Origin: Thermodesulfobacteriota bacterium
Lineage (GTDB): Bacteria > Desulfobacterota_D > UBA1144 > Nemesobacterales > Mycalebacteriaceae
Assembly: GCA_965226585.1 (NCBI GenBank)
Contig: OZ245366.1
Location: 800,001-864,000 of the forward strand
DNA: 64,000 nt
Direction: 5' to 3'
Positions 47,286 through 57,781 of this stretch are shown piece after piece. The translations under genes and the position numbers were made by a program. The stretch's first letter is position 1. Every line of letters begins with the position of its first letter. Under the pieces are notes generated by a model. The model was not told where the DNA came from. It searched no databases and saw only the letters and a list, made by a program, of their open reading frames with translations.

Positions 47286-48013
47286 GCCCGCGCCTCCTTC
47301 ACCGTTTCTCCAAGCAGTTGCGGGATTTGCTCAAGAGACCGTATTGACGGCGTGTTGTCCGCCTCCCCTTCCCTGAGGAGCAAAAGCGATTTTATTCCGG
47401 CGTTTGTCGCCCCGATGTAGTCTTTTTCCATATCATCTCCAATGTGCAGACATTCCTCCGGTTTTGCCCCGTGTTTTTCAAGGGCGATGCGAAAGATTTC
47501 CGGAGACGGTTTTGAAAATCCCGCTTCGCTTGAAATTGTGAAAGATGAGAAATAGTTTTCCAGTTCCAGTTCTTTCAGCACCCCGTAGACGCGGGAGTCA
47601 AAGTTTGAGACGAGCATAATTTCGTAGCCCATTTTTTTAATTTTTCCAAGGGCGGAGGCGGAATCCGGAAAAGCCGTCCAAGCCCTGTTTTTGAAGTGGT
47701 CAAAAAGTTCTTCAAAGTAGGAGTCAAAGTCGTCAAACATTCCCACCCGTTCATACACATCACGCACGACATTTTTCCACCATTGTTTTTCAAGTTTTTT
47801 TCTTTCTTCCTGTGAAAACTCTCCAAACGCGAGTGGAGGCGCGGAGGCAAAAGCATGAGAGAACGCCCGTTTAATCTCCAACTCCCCCGGACTGGCGCCG
47901 TATTTTTCCGCAATTTCCGCATAAGCCGCGCCAAGCCCGTTTTTTATGTAGAAAAGCGTATCCGCCGCATCAAAGGAAACGAGTTTTATGTTTGACAGGT
48001 TGAGGTTAGCCAT
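47282..48013 (-). CDS. HAD-superfamily hydrolase (REG-2-like)
   Basis: FDAADTL, VSNFD, KPSPEIF, HIGDD...D. Confidence 0.9.
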   Translation of the reverse strand: MANLNLSNIKLVSFDAADTLFYIKNGLGAAYAEIAEKYGASPGELEIKRAFSHAFASAPPLAFGEFSQEERKKLEKQWWKNVVRDVYERVGMFDDFDSYFEELFDHFKNRAWTAFPDSASALGKIKKMGYEIMLVSNFDSRVYGVLKELELENYFSSFTISSEAGFSKPSPEIFRIALEKHGAKPEECLHIGDDMEKDYIGATNAGIKSLLLLREGEADNTPSIRSLEQIPQLLGETVKEARA

Positions 48014-48135
48014 TTGGTTTGTGGATTAGGTTATATGATTTGGGGGAAAGGGAAAATGGCGGCGGGTTGAAGTGTCTTTGTTATTACGAGTAGAATAGTA
48101 ACGGGTTGTCAAACAACTCCGGGAGGTTACTTGAT

Positions 48136-48303
48136 ATGTCTTTCACGGCTATTGTGGAGTATTGCAAGGACACGAACCTGTATGTGGGTCATATCCCCGG
48201 CTTTGCGGGAGCCCATTCTCAGGGTAAAACTCTTGATGAGTTGAACGAGAATCTAACCGAAGTGCTGTCTATGTTGCTTGAGGACGGCAGCCCCGGATTC
48301 TGA
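48136..48303 (+). CDS. hicB: Short HicB-family antitoxin (orphan, possibly truncated)
   Basis: FTAIVE....LYVGHIPGFAGAHSQGKTLDEL..NL.EVL.MLLE; GGGAGG RBS before ATG 48136. Confidence 0.8.
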   Translation: MSFTAIVEYCKDTNLYVGHIPGFAGAHSQGKTLDELNENLTEVLSMLLEDGSPGF

Positions 48304-48318
48304 AACCGCTTCCCCTCT

Positions 48319-48418
48319 GTCATTCCCGCTTCTCTCCGTCATTCCTGCGAAAGCAGGAATCCAGAGTTTCTTTCCGCGATTGTAATACTGGATTCCGTGT
48401 CGGGGCACGGAATGACGG
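48319..48418. repeat. Second cluster of the same dRS3/REP-like palindromes
   Basis: ccgtcattcctgcgaaagcaggaatccag (48336-48364) and inverted taatactggattccgtgtcggggcacggaatgacgg (48383-48418). Confidence 0.9.
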
Positions 48419-48460
48419 GAAAGGCACATCGTGCGTTGCGGAAGTGCTGTCTATTCCGGT

Positions 48461-51400
48461 TTAACTCTTTCGGGGCTTGCGTCTTTCGTTGCCGAGGAAG
48501 TCGTACCAGTCAATCCAGCCTTTGTTTTTGTATGTTTTGTTGGGGTTGGTAGGAATGTCCTTTGGGAAATTTTGTGATTTCACGTATTCGTGCCATTCTT
48601 TGTGACCTTTCAGATTCAGAGATCTTGCATATACTCGGGCTCCTTTGAAAGAACGGTATTCCCTGAGAGTTGTAGCAACATTCCCGGTTCCGAGCCAGTT
48701 GCCCCAATTAGCCCACCCCTGACTTCTGTATATTTGGTCCGGAGCAACAGGAATATCTTTTGGGAAATTGTTTGATTTTGTGTGTTTATTCCATTCTGTG
48801 GAACTTTTCAGGTTCAACCCCCGCGCATACTCTCTCGCTTCCTCAAAACTTCTATACTTTCTAAATCGGGTGGCAAGGGTTCCGGTACCAAGCCAGTCGC
48901 CATAGCCAATCCAACCTCTATCTTTATATTTGTTGTTAGGGTTGGTAGGAATGTCATCTGGAAAATCGGGTGACTTTGTGTGTTTATTCCATTCTGTGGA
49001 ACTTTTCAGTTTCAAACCCCGTGCATATTTCCGTGCCTCCCTGAAAGAGCGATATTCTCTGAGGAAAGAGGCAACAGTTCCAGTTCCGAGCCAATCACCC
49101 ATATTAATCCATCCCTTTTTCCTATAAGTCTGGTTAGGGTTGGCAGGAATATCTTTTGGGAAATTATCTGATTTTGTATGCTCTCTCCATTCTTTTTGAT
49201 TTTTCAACTTGAGAGATCGTGCGTATTTCCGTGCTTTTTCAAAAGAGCGGTATTCAATTAGGAAGGTAGCGACAACTCCAGTTCCTAGCCAGTCGCCCCA
49301 ACTATTCCAGCCTTTGTTTTTGTATGTTTTGTTGGGGTTGGTAGGAATGTCCCTCGGAAAATTATACGATTTTGTGTGCTCTTTCCATTCTTTGTAACTT
49401 TTCAGATTCAGAGATCTAGCATATTTGTGCGCTTCTTTGAAAGAATGGTATTTTCTGAGATATGAAGCAATAGTACCAGTTCCAAGCCAGTCGCCATAAC
49501 CAATCCAACCTTTGTCTTGATATTTTTTGTCAGGGGCAATGGGAATATTCTCTGGGAAATCAGATGATTGTGTGTGCTTACGCCATTCTGAATGACTATT
49601 AAGATTTAAGGATTGCGCATATTCCCTTGCTTTTTCGAATGTTTGATATTCTCTAAATCGGTAAGCAACAAATTCAGTTCCAATCCAATCGCCCATGTTA
49701 ATCCATCCTTTTTTCCTATAAGTCTGGTTAGGTTTGGTAGGAATGTCTTCTGGAAAACTGTCTGATTGCGTGTGCTTGCTCCACTCCTCCCAATTTTTCA
49801 GATTCAGAGATCTAGCATATCCCCGTGCTTCTTTGAAAGAGCGGTATTTCTTGAGAAAGGATGCAACAGTACCAGTTCCGAGCCAGTCGCCCCAGTTAGT
49901 CCAATCCTTAAATGTTAGGTGGGGACTAGCAGGAATATCATCTGGAAGTGTTTGTGCTTTCGTGTATTTGTTCCATTCTGTTCTACTTTTCAGATTCAGA
50001 GATCTAGCATATTCCCGTGCTTCTTTGAAAGAACGATACTTTCTGAGAAAGGTAGCAACATTCCCGGTTCCGAGCCAGTTGCCCCAATTAGCCCACCCCT
50101 GACTTCTGTATATTTGGTCCGGAGCAACAGGAATATCTTTTGGGAAATTGTTTGATTTTGTGTGTTTATTCCATTCTGTGGAACTTTTCAGTTTCAACCC
50201 CCGCGCATACTCTCTCGCCTCCTCAAACCCCCTCCAATTCACTTTCGCCGCTTTCCGCCAAATCTCTGTTTCAATGGATTTGGAAAATTCATTAAAACTG
50301 AGATTCACCCCTGCGGGAACATCGCCACTTATGGAAATGAGTTTTCCCTTGTGTTTCCTGCCTTCCGTAACTGCGCGGAAGTAGTCTTTTATCCTCTCAT
50401 CCTGAGTTGACAGAGCCGTTATCTGACTGGCAATTTTCTTAAACGCCGTGCTTTTTGCGAACTCGTCAAAACTCACCCCGTTTGGCACAACAATCGGCAA
50501 AAGTATGTAGCCCTTCTCTTTTCCCGCCGATGGACGCATCGCCCTTCCCGCCGCTTGCACAATATCCACAACACTCTGCTTCGGGTCAGCAAACAAAACA
50601 CAATCAATCGCCGGAACATCAACACCCTCCGTTAAACATCTGGCGTTTGTTATAAGCGAGCGTCTGGACTTCTCAAAATCATGCATAACCTCCGTTCGCT
50701 GTCCGGTGGAGAGTTCACTTGAAATGTGAAAGTTCTCAATTCCCGTTTTAAGAACCCGCGCTTTCAAAAGTTCGTTTTGCTGTAATTCAAAATCCTTTGC
50801 CGACCGTATGCTCCGGTGAAAAGAAACCGCATGTTTTATCCGGTGCTTTTTGAAAACTTTTTCAAGCGCAATCCCCGCCGCAAGAGACGCGGATTCCTGC
50901 GTTTTGAGTTCCCGCGAATGGTCTTTGACAAAACGGTTCTTCTTCACAATGTCCCGTATCTGCGGGTCGCCAATCAAAAGCGTTAAAATCTCGTAGTCGC
51001 AAATAATGCCGTCATCAATGGCTTGTTTGAATGTGAGTTGATAAAAACAGTCGCCGTAGACTCTTTTGTCATCCATTGAGAGAACCTCTTCGTTTTTCCC
51101 GTGTAAAACTCTTTCTGTTGCCGTCATAAAAAGCCGTTTGCTGATTTCCAGTTTTCTGTCGTCAAGCAAGGTCGCAAAAGCGGAACTCTTTTCACCAACC
51201 GTTTTATGCGCTTCATCCAAAATACAAAGGTCAATTTTCCGTCCGCTTTTCTTCGCCGCAACAGCAAGGCGCGGACTGCTCTGATAGGTTGTGAAAATCA
51301 CCTTCGGAGCGGATGTTTTTCTTTTCAGAAAGTCCGCAATCTCTTCTTCTTTCGTTGTTGTGGGAATGCCCGTTTCGTATGTGCTTGAAACAAAACTGTC

Positions 51401-52216
51401 CACCTTGCCAACCGTTTCATCACTGCACACACAAAGCCAGTCAGGGGTTATGCCGCCCGCAACATATTCGCGAGTCCAATCTTTAACGCTCTGCCGTATC
51501 AACATAAGACTCGGAACGGCAAGAATTATCGTTTTTGCCCCAAGCGATTCCGCCGCCCAGAAAGCCGTGAGACTTTTGCCGGACGCGCACGGCATAATCA
51601 TTCTGCCCCGCCGGTTTTTCTCATCAAGGTAATGCGCGCGGATGTTCTTTACCGCCTCTTTCTGGTGTTTTCTCGGTTTGCGCGCTTTTGGTGTGTGTGA
51701 TTTATTCGCGCAGTTCGCCCTGATTGCCGCCCAGTCTTCGGTCTCAAGTTCCAGCCATCGGGAAAGCCCTATCTCCACAACATTTTTGCCAAGCAGTTTC
51801 CTTTTCCGCACAGGTTTTAATGTTGTGTGAGCAACAACACCCAGCGTTATTCCCCTGCAGTGTGTAAAAGACAGGTGCGCAAACTTTGCCAAATCCCTTG
51901 TATTCAGGGCAGTTTCTTTGTCAGACCTGTATTTCGCCTGTATTGCCCAGAACTCTCCGCCGTGCGTCTCGGCTATTAAGTCTATGCCCTCATCATTTGC
52001 GGGCAGATTCAGTTTCTTTGCCACATCTCGCGGAACATCGGCGAGCAGCCACACACTCGACAGTTTTGTCCGGTATTCAGGGTGAACAGTCAGGTATGAC
52101 TGAACCAGTTTTTCAAAAAGGTCGCCCTTTTCTTTCGTGGCGGCGAGTCCGTCCGCATAAGAGACAAATTGCTCCCAGTTGGAACATCTACCGAGGAATT
52201 TTGAGGCGTTTTCCAT
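48461..52216 (-). CDS. Mrr-like endonuclease + SF2 (DEAH) helicase + nine ~66-aa C-terminal repeats (resembling the phage-integrase repeat unit)
   Basis: KGDLFE..DEGIDLIA..WAIQAKY; SGKS, DEAH, MTAT, LTEGVDVPAID, QAAGRAMR; repeats YRSF.EA..YARSL.LK...EW...P..IP..P...Y...GW...GDWLG. Confidence 0.88.
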   Translation of the reverse strand: MENASKFLGRCSNWEQFVSYADGLAATKEKGDLFEKLVQSYLTVHPEYRTKLSSVWLLADVPRDVAKKLNLPANDEGIDLIAETHGGEFWAIQAKYRSDKETALNTRDLAKFAHLSFTHCRGITLGVVAHTTLKPVRKRKLLGKNVVEIGLSRWLELETEDWAAIRANCANKSHTPKARKPRKHQKEAVKNIRAHYLDEKNRRGRMIMPCASGKSLTAFWAAESLGAKTIILAVPSLMLIRQSVKDWTREYVAGGITPDWLCVCSDETVGKVDSFVSSTYETGIPTTTKEEEIADFLKRKTSAPKVIFTTYQSSPRLAVAAKKSGRKIDLCILDEAHKTVGEKSSAFATLLDDRKLEISKRLFMTATERVLHGKNEEVLSMDDKRVYGDCFYQLTFKQAIDDGIICDYEILTLLIGDPQIRDIVKKNRFVKDHSRELKTQESASLAAGIALEKVFKKHRIKHAVSFHRSIRSAKDFELQQNELLKARVLKTGIENFHISSELSTGQRTEVMHDFEKSRRSLITNARCLTEGVDVPAIDCVLFADPKQSVVDIVQAAGRAMRPSAGKEKGYILLPIVVPNGVSFDEFAKSTAFKKIASQITALSTQDERIKDYFRAVTEGRKHKGKLISISGDVPAGVNLSFNEFSKSIETEIWRKAAKVNWRGFEEAREYARGLKLKSSTEWNKHTKSNNFPKDIPVAPDQIYRSQGWANWGNWLGTGNVATFLRKYRSFKEAREYARSLNLKSRTEWNKYTKAQTLPDDIPASPHLTFKDWTNWGDWLGTGTVASFLKKYRSFKEARGYARSLNLKNWEEWSKHTQSDSFPEDIPTKPNQTYRKKGWINMGDWIGTEFVAYRFREYQTFEKAREYAQSLNLNSHSEWRKHTQSSDFPENIPIAPDKKYQDKGWIGYGDWLGTGTIASYLRKYHSFKEAHKYARSLNLKSYKEWKEHTKSYNFPRDIPTNPNKTYKNKGWNSWGDWLGTGVVATFLIEYRSFEKARKYARSLKLKNQKEWREHTKSDNFPKDIPANPNQTYRKKGWINMGDWLGTGTVASFLREYRSFREARKYARGLKLKSSTEWNKHTKSPDFPDDIPTNPNNKYKDRGWIGYGDWLGTGTLATRFRKYRSFEEAREYARGLNLKSSTEWNKHTKSNNFPKDIPVAPDQIYRSQGWANWGNWLGTGNVATTLREYRSFKGARVYARSLNLKGHKEWHEYVKSQNFPKDIPTNPNKTYKNKGWIDWYDFLGNERRKPRKS
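48464..50236 (-). repeat. Coding array of nine 198-bp units (unit 2 is 192 bp)
   Basis: 48672-48847 vs 50052-50227: 176 bp with 2 mismatches, offset 1380 = 6x198+192. Confidence 0.93.
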
Positions 52217-52236
52217 TTGCGGAACGGTGGAAATCT

Positions 52237-53022
52237 CTACCCCATCTTTTTCTCATTCGCCTTCAACACCTGCTTTGCGGTGGTGGCGAGTTCGGAGTTC
52301 GGGTCTTTTGAAATTACGGCTTCAAAATCCGCTTTCGCTTTCGCGAATTCTCCCAGTTTCTGAAACTCAGTCGCCCTCGCGAAAAGAGCTTTTGTAAATT
52401 CAGGATTTACCTCAAACGCCTTGCCGAAATCCTCAGCCGCCCTCTTGTTGTTGCCGAGGCTGTCATACACATGCCCCCTGCTGTATAAACTCTCAAAATC
52501 ACGGGGATTTATTTCAACCGCCCTGTCGTAGTCCTTCAGAGCGTTGTCATAGTCTCTCAAAAGGTTGTGATAGGTGGTCGCCCGGTTGTAAAACGCTTCG
52601 CCGTTTTCCGGCTCCATCTCAATCGCCTTGTCATAATCCGCTATGGCAAGTTTGTATTTTCCAAGCCGCCCGTAGGCGGTTCCCCTGCTGACATACGTTC
52701 CGGCAAAATCAGGCATAATCTCTATGACCTTGTTGAAGTCATCTATCGCCGGGCTGTGGTCTCCAAGATCCACAAGCAGCGAACCCCTGTTGTAAAACGC
52801 CTGAGCGTATCCGTCTTTGAGTTCAACGGCTTTTGTGTAACTGGCAATCGCTTCGCGCAGTTTGCCCTTCATGGACAGCGCGACCCCAAGGTTGTATCGC
52901 ACATCCGGATGCTCCGGATTCAGTTCAATCGCCTTTTCATAACTTTCTATCGCCGCATCCCACTTTCCGGAGCCCGCGCTCTCGTTACCTTTTTTGAAAA
53001 AACCGTCAAAATTCTCACTCAT
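52237..53022 (-). CDS. Tetratricopeptide repeat protein (about 7 TPRs)
   Basis: Repeated AFYNRG...AI.DY.KAIEL.P units. Confidence 0.92.
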   Translation of the reverse strand: MSENFDGFFKKGNESAGSGKWDAAIESYEKAIELNPEHPDVRYNLGVALSMKGKLREAIASYTKAVELKDGYAQAFYNRGSLLVDLGDHSPAIDDFNKVIEIMPDFAGTYVSRGTAYGRLGKYKLAIADYDKAIEMEPENGEAFYNRATTYHNLLRDYDNALKDYDRAVEINPRDFESLYSRGHVYDSLGNNKRAAEDFGKAFEVNPEFTKALFARATEFQKLGEFAKAKADFEAVISKDPNSELATTAKQVLKANEKKMG

Positions 53023-53065
53023 TTTTTTACTCCTTTTTTACCGCCCGTTCAAACCGGCAATTTAT

Positions 53066-56000
53066 TTATACAAGATTTGGCGTGAGCCATTTTTTTGCTT
53101 CTTTTAATGATACCTTCTTTCTCCCGGCATAGTCCTTGACCTGATCTTCAAGAATTTTGCCGAGATTGAAATATTTTGCCTGCGGATGCGCAAAATAAAA
53201 TCCCGAAACCGAACTCGCGGGAGACATTGCCAGATTTTCCGTAAGCGACACCCCGGCGCGTTTTTCCGCGTCAAGAAGCTTCCAGATGGTCAGTTTGCCC
53301 GTGTGGTCGGGGCACGAAGGATAACCCGGCGCGGGGCGTATGCCCCTGTATTTTTCGCCGATAAGGTCTTTGCCGGAAAGTTTCTCTTTTTTTCCGTAGC
53401 CCCATATCTCGCGCGCTTTTTTGTGCATCATCTCAGCAAGAGCCTCGGCAACCCTGTCTGCCAGCGACTTCACTATGATTGAAGTGTAATCATCTCCCGC
53501 GCTCCTGAAACTCTCCGCGTATTCCTCCGCGTTTTTTCCCGCCGTTACCGCAAACGCCCCGATGTAATCCCTCCTGCCCGACTCAACCGGCAGTATGAAA
53601 TCCGAGTTGCAGTAGTATGTCGCCTCTTTTTCCCCCCGCGCCACTCTTTTCATCTGCTGCCGGAGAAAATAAGCGGTAGCAATCGCCCGTCCGCCTTTTG
53701 CCCCGGACTTGGGGGAATATATTTTCACATCATCGCCACTGCTGTTGGCTGGCCAAAAACCTATTACCGCAGACGGGTTGAAAACGCGCTTTTTTATCAC
53801 TTCGTCCAGAACCTTTTTCGCGTCATTGTAAAGCTCAGCCGCCTGCTTTCCCCACTCCGGATGCTCAAGTATTGACGGAAAAGAGCCCTTCATTTCCCAC
53901 GTCCAGAAAAACGGCGACCAGTCAATATATTCCGCTACCTCCGCCATATCAGGTTCGGGAAAGGTGATAACGCCGGTTTTTTCAGGCACGGCGGGCGGCG
54001 CGCTCCACTTTGCCTTGAACCTTCCCTCTCTCGCCGCTTCAAGAGATACGTATTCTATTTTTCCCGAGCCGAGCAGGTGCCGCTCCCTCTGTTTTTCCTG
54101 CTCGCTCTCAACCCGTTTCGCGTATTCGGCGGCTTTTGCGGGATTCAGCATATCGTTGCAGATGCCGACCACGAGGGAAGCGTCTTTCACGTGCTCCACA
54201 ACGCCTCTGTAAACCGGGGCGATTTTAACCGCCGTGTGAACCCTGCTTGTGGTCGCGCCGCCAACGAGAACCGGAATTCCCAGTTTTTGCCTCTCCATCT
54301 CCCCCACGTTGTAAATCATCTCGTCAAGAGACGGTGTTATAAGCCCGCTCATCCCTATCACGTCCGCCTTTTCTTTTTTCGCGACTTTCAGAATCTGCTC
54401 GCAGGGAACCATCACCCCAAGGTCTATCACCTCGTAGTTGTTGCATGAGAGAACAACCGAAACTATGTTTTTTCCTATGTCGTGAACATCTCCCTTCACG
54501 GTGGCGATAACGAATTTTCTTCCGCCGGATTTCACGCCCTTTTCTTTTTTCTCCTTTTCCATAAGCGGGGTCAGAAACGAAACCGCTTTTTTCATCACAC
54601 GCGCGCTTTTTACCACCTGAGGGAGAAACATTTTCCCCTCACCGAAAAGATCCCCGACAACTTTCATGCCGTCCATCAAGGGGCCTTCAATCACTTTCAG
54701 GGGTTTTTTGTATTTTTTCAGCGCGTCTGCGGTGTCTTTATCGGCGAAGTCAACAATTCCGTTAAGAATGGAATGTTTTATGCGCTCCTCCACTTTCTTT
54801 TTTCTCCACTCAAGGTTTTTTTCGTTCTTTACTTTTTCCCCGCCCTGAAACTCTTGCGCCACTTCAAGCAGTTCATCCGCCGCGCGCGGGCTTTTGTTCA
54901 GCACCGCGTTTTCAACCTTTTCAAGAAGATTTTTTTCTATGTCCTCATAAACCGCCAGCATTCCGGCGTTCACTATCGCCATGTCCAGCCCGTTTTTCAC
55001 GGCATGGTGAAGAAATACGCTGTGCATCGCCTCGCGCACGTTTCTGTTGCCTCTGAATGAAAATGAAAGGTTGCTTATGCCGCCGCTCACAAGCGCGCCC
55101 GGGCACTGTTTTTTTATCTCTTTTATCGCCTCTATAAACTCAAGGGCGTATCCGTTGTGCTCTTCAATTCCGGTCGCGATGGCAAGCACGTTTGGGTCAA
55201 AAATTATGTCTTCCGGAGCCATTCCGGCTTTTTCAACAAGCAGTTTGTAAGCCCTGCGGCATATTCTCACTTTGTCTTTTTTTGTCGCCGCCTGCCCTTT
55301 TTCGTCAAACGCCATAACAACGGCGGCGGCTCCGTAGCGCGTAATTTTGCACGCCTGCTCAATAAAAACCTTTTCCCCCTCTTTCAAACTTATGGAGTTC
55401 ACAACGCATTTCCCCTGAACGCACTTGAGACCGGCTTCAATAACCCCCCACCTTGAACTGTCTATCATTACCGGAACGCGAGATATTGCCGGCTCCGATG
55501 AAACCAGATTCAAAAAACGCGTCATGCATTTTTCGCCGTCCATCATCGCCTCGTCAAAATTAACGTCTATCAAGCCCGCGCCGTTCTCAACCTGCTGGCG
55601 GGCAACCTGAAGAGCCTGCTCAAAATTGTCTTCCTTTATAAAACGCAGAAAAACGGGCGAGCCCGTAACGTTTGTTCTCTCGCCCACAATCACAAAATTG
55701 TCCGCGCTCCGGTTTTTCGCGCTTCCCGCCGCATCTATGGTTAAAGGCTCAAGCCCGCTCAGACGGGTCGCGGAGGGAATTTCCGGCAGTTTTCTCGGCG
55801 GTATTTTTTTCAGTTTTTTTACAATTTCCGCTATGTGTTCAGGGGTTGTGCCGCAACAGCCGCCCACTATGTTGACCAGTGAAGATTCCGCAAATCCGGC
55901 GAGCAAGGCGGATGTGTCTTCCGGTTTTTCGTTGTACCCGGTTTCGCTCATCGGGTCGGGCAGTCCGGCGTTTGGGTAGCAACTGACAAAGCAGTCCGCC

Positions 56001-56806
56001 ACGCGGGAAAGTTCTTCAATGTGAGGCCTCATTTCCTCCGCGCCCAGAGCGCAGTTTATTCCCACGCTGATTGGCTTTGCGTGTTTTACAGAATTCCAGA
56101 AAGCCGCAACGGTTTGCCCGGACAGGGTTCTGCCCGACAGGTCTGTTACCGTCATGGAGAGCATCACGGGCAGTCTCCGCCCTCTTCTCTCAAACATCTC
56201 CTCCATCGCGTAAATCGCGGCTTTCATATTCAGAGTGTCAAAACTTGTTTCCGCCATCAGAATGTCCGCTCCGCCTTCCGCAAGCCCTTCCGCCTGTTCA
56301 AGATACGCGGCGGCAAGGTCGTCAAAATTCGCCGCGCGATATGACGGGTCTTCAACATTTGGAGACATTGAGGCGGTTTTATTTGTGGGTCCCAGCGCGC
56401 CCGCGACAAAACGCCGCCCGCTTCCGCCGGTTTCCTCCACCGCCTGCCGGGCAATTTCCGCCGCGCGTCTGTTTATTTCAAACACATGGTCTTCAAGCCC
56501 GTAATCCGCCTGCGATATGGAGTTCGCGTTAAAGGTGTTTGTTTCAATAATGTCGCATCCGGCTTTCAGATACTCCTTGTGTATGTTCAGAATGGCTTCG
56601 GGTTGTGAGAGGACAAGGATGTCGTTGTTTCCCTTCAGTATGTCGCCGCCGGTGTTTGTGAAAACCTTTCCCCTGAAGTCCTCCTCCTCAAGTTTCAGGC
56701 GCTGGATCATGGTTCCCATCGCCCCGTCAAGAAACAGGATTCTTTTTTGCAGGAGTTTTTTAAGGGCGGCTTCGGTTTCGCGCCCGGAATATTTTGATTT
56801 TTTCAT
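53066..56806 (-). CDS. metH: Cobalamin-dependent methionine synthase
   Basis: [41 protein letters not shown]. Confidence 0.97.
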   Translation of the reverse strand: MKKSKYSGRETEAALKKLLQKRILFLDGAMGTMIQRLKLEEEDFRGKVFTNTGGDILKGNNDILVLSQPEAILNIHKEYLKAGCDIIETNTFNANSISQADYGLEDHVFEINRRAAEIARQAVEETGGSGRRFVAGALGPTNKTASMSPNVEDPSYRAANFDDLAAAYLEQAEGLAEGGADILMAETSFDTLNMKAAIYAMEEMFERRGRRLPVMLSMTVTDLSGRTLSGQTVAAFWNSVKHAKPISVGINCALGAEEMRPHIEELSRVADCFVSCYPNAGLPDPMSETGYNEKPEDTSALLAGFAESSLVNIVGGCCGTTPEHIAEIVKKLKKIPPRKLPEIPSATRLSGLEPLTIDAAGSAKNRSADNFVIVGERTNVTGSPVFLRFIKEDNFEQALQVARQQVENGAGLIDVNFDEAMMDGEKCMTRFLNLVSSEPAISRVPVMIDSSRWGVIEAGLKCVQGKCVVNSISLKEGEKVFIEQACKITRYGAAAVVMAFDEKGQAATKKDKVRICRRAYKLLVEKAGMAPEDIIFDPNVLAIATGIEEHNGYALEFIEAIKEIKKQCPGALVSGGISNLSFSFRGNRNVREAMHSVFLHHAVKNGLDMAIVNAGMLAVYEDIEKNLLEKVENAVLNKSPRAADELLEVAQEFQGGEKVKNEKNLEWRKKKVEERIKHSILNGIVDFADKDTADALKKYKKPLKVIEGPLMDGMKVVGDLFGEGKMFLPQVVKSARVMKKAVSFLTPLMEKEKKEKGVKSGGRKFVIATVKGDVHDIGKNIVSVVLSCNNYEVIDLGVMVPCEQILKVAKKEKADVIGMSGLITPSLDEMIYNVGEMERQKLGIPVLVGGATTSRVHTAVKIAPVYRGVVEHVKDASLVVGICNDMLNPAKAAEYAKRVESEQEKQRERHLLGSGKIEYVSLEAAREGRFKAKWSAPPAVPEKTGVITFPEPDMAEVAEYIDWSPFFWTWEMKGSFPSILEHPEWGKQAAELYNDAKKVLDEVIKKRVFNPSAVIGFWPANSSGDDVKIYSPKSGAKGGRAIATAYFLRQQMKRVARGEKEATYYCNSDFILPVESGRRDYIGAFAVTAGKNAEEYAESFRSAGDDYTSIIVKSLADRVAEALAEMMHKKAREIWGYGKKEKLSGKDLIGEKYRGIRPAPGYPSCPDHTGKLTIWKLLDAEKRAGVSLTENLAMSPASSVSGFYFAHPQAKYFNLGKILEDQVKDYAGRKKVSLKEAKKWLTPNLV

Positions 56807-56828
56807 TGAGTTATTTTCCGCGCGGTTT

Positions 56829-57608
56829 TTACCAGTTGTTTCTCAGTTCCCTGAGCGCCGCGAAAGTCCCGGCGTCTGAGTCCGTTCCGGCAAACGCCTC
56901 CCTTGCCTTCTCCGCCACTTTCGGGTTGTCATATCTCATAAACGGGTTATACAGTTTTTCCTCGTCAATCGTTGATACGGGGTCTTCAACACTTTTCACC
57001 TCTTCCAGTTTTCTTTTCGCGTCCGCATTGTCCGGCTCAAGGCTGAGGGCGAACTTCAGGTTTGTCTCCGCGTAGTTGTGTCCGCAGAATACGCGCGTTT
57101 TTCCGTCCAGATTTCTCAGTCTTTCAACGGATTTGAAAAGGTCTGCGGCGTTTCCCCCGAACTTTGTGTTCCCGCATCCCGAAAGAAAAAGCGTGTCTGC
57201 CACAAATGCGTTGCCGTCAATCAGCAGGGATATGTGGTCGGGGCAGTGCCCCGGAGTGTGCATAACGGAAAACTCCAGTTTCCCGAACGCGATAACACCG
57301 CCCTCGTCCACCGTTTCTTCCGCGCCGGTTTTTTCCGCCCCCAAAGGGTGAGACACAATTTTTGCTCCGGTGGCGCGCGCGGTTTCGGCGTTTCCCGCTA
57401 TGTGGTCAGGGTGGGAATGTGTGTTCACTATCCGCTTGACGGTTATGGAGTTGTCCGAGATGTGGGAAAGAATCTCTCCCGGAGACAGGGGGTCTATCAC
57501 AACGCCTTCGCCCGTTTCCGCGCAGGATACCGCGTAACTGTAGTTTCCGTCGCTTCCGGCAACGGGGAATCTTGCTATGGAAAACTGTCCGCAGTCAAAG
57601 ATGTTCAT
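56829..57608 (-). CDS. gloB: Hydroxyacylglutathione hydrolase-like metallo-beta-lactamase
   Basis: [33 protein letters not shown]; start reassigned to ATG 57608. Confidence 0.85.
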   Translation of the reverse strand: MNIFDCGQFSIARFPVAGSDGNYSYAVSCAETGEGVVIDPLSPGEILSHISDNSITVKRIVNTHSHPDHIAGNAETARATGAKIVSHPLGAEKTGAEETVDEGGVIAFGKLEFSVMHTPGHCPDHISLLIDGNAFVADTLFLSGCGNTKFGGNAADLFKSVERLRNLDGKTRVFCGHNYAETNLKFALSLEPDNADAKRKLEEVKSVEDPVSTIDEEKLYNPFMRYDNPKVAEKAREAFAGTDSDAGTFAALRELRNNW

Positions 57609-57781
57609 GGCTTGAGAGATAAAATCTACACTATGCCCGAATTCAATCAAAAAACCGCCCTTCCGTGCCGCCGCCGCCGTTTTGACAACCCGCGTCCGCG
57701 CTGTCATATTAATACCCCGATTTGCTCCGCAGAGCCCTTGCCGGCTGCGCGGATTTTCGGGTGAAAAGGGGTTTGTGAACT

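Noticed and set aside
48461..50236. Diversity-generating retroelement template/variable repeat pair (units 1 and 8)
   Set aside because: Both copies are coding units of one array, they differ at only 2 sites, and no reverse transcriptase is in the window.
57609..57781. SAM or cobalamin riboswitch ahead of thrC or metH
   Set aside because: No recognisable SAM-I or B12-box consensus and the leader is short.
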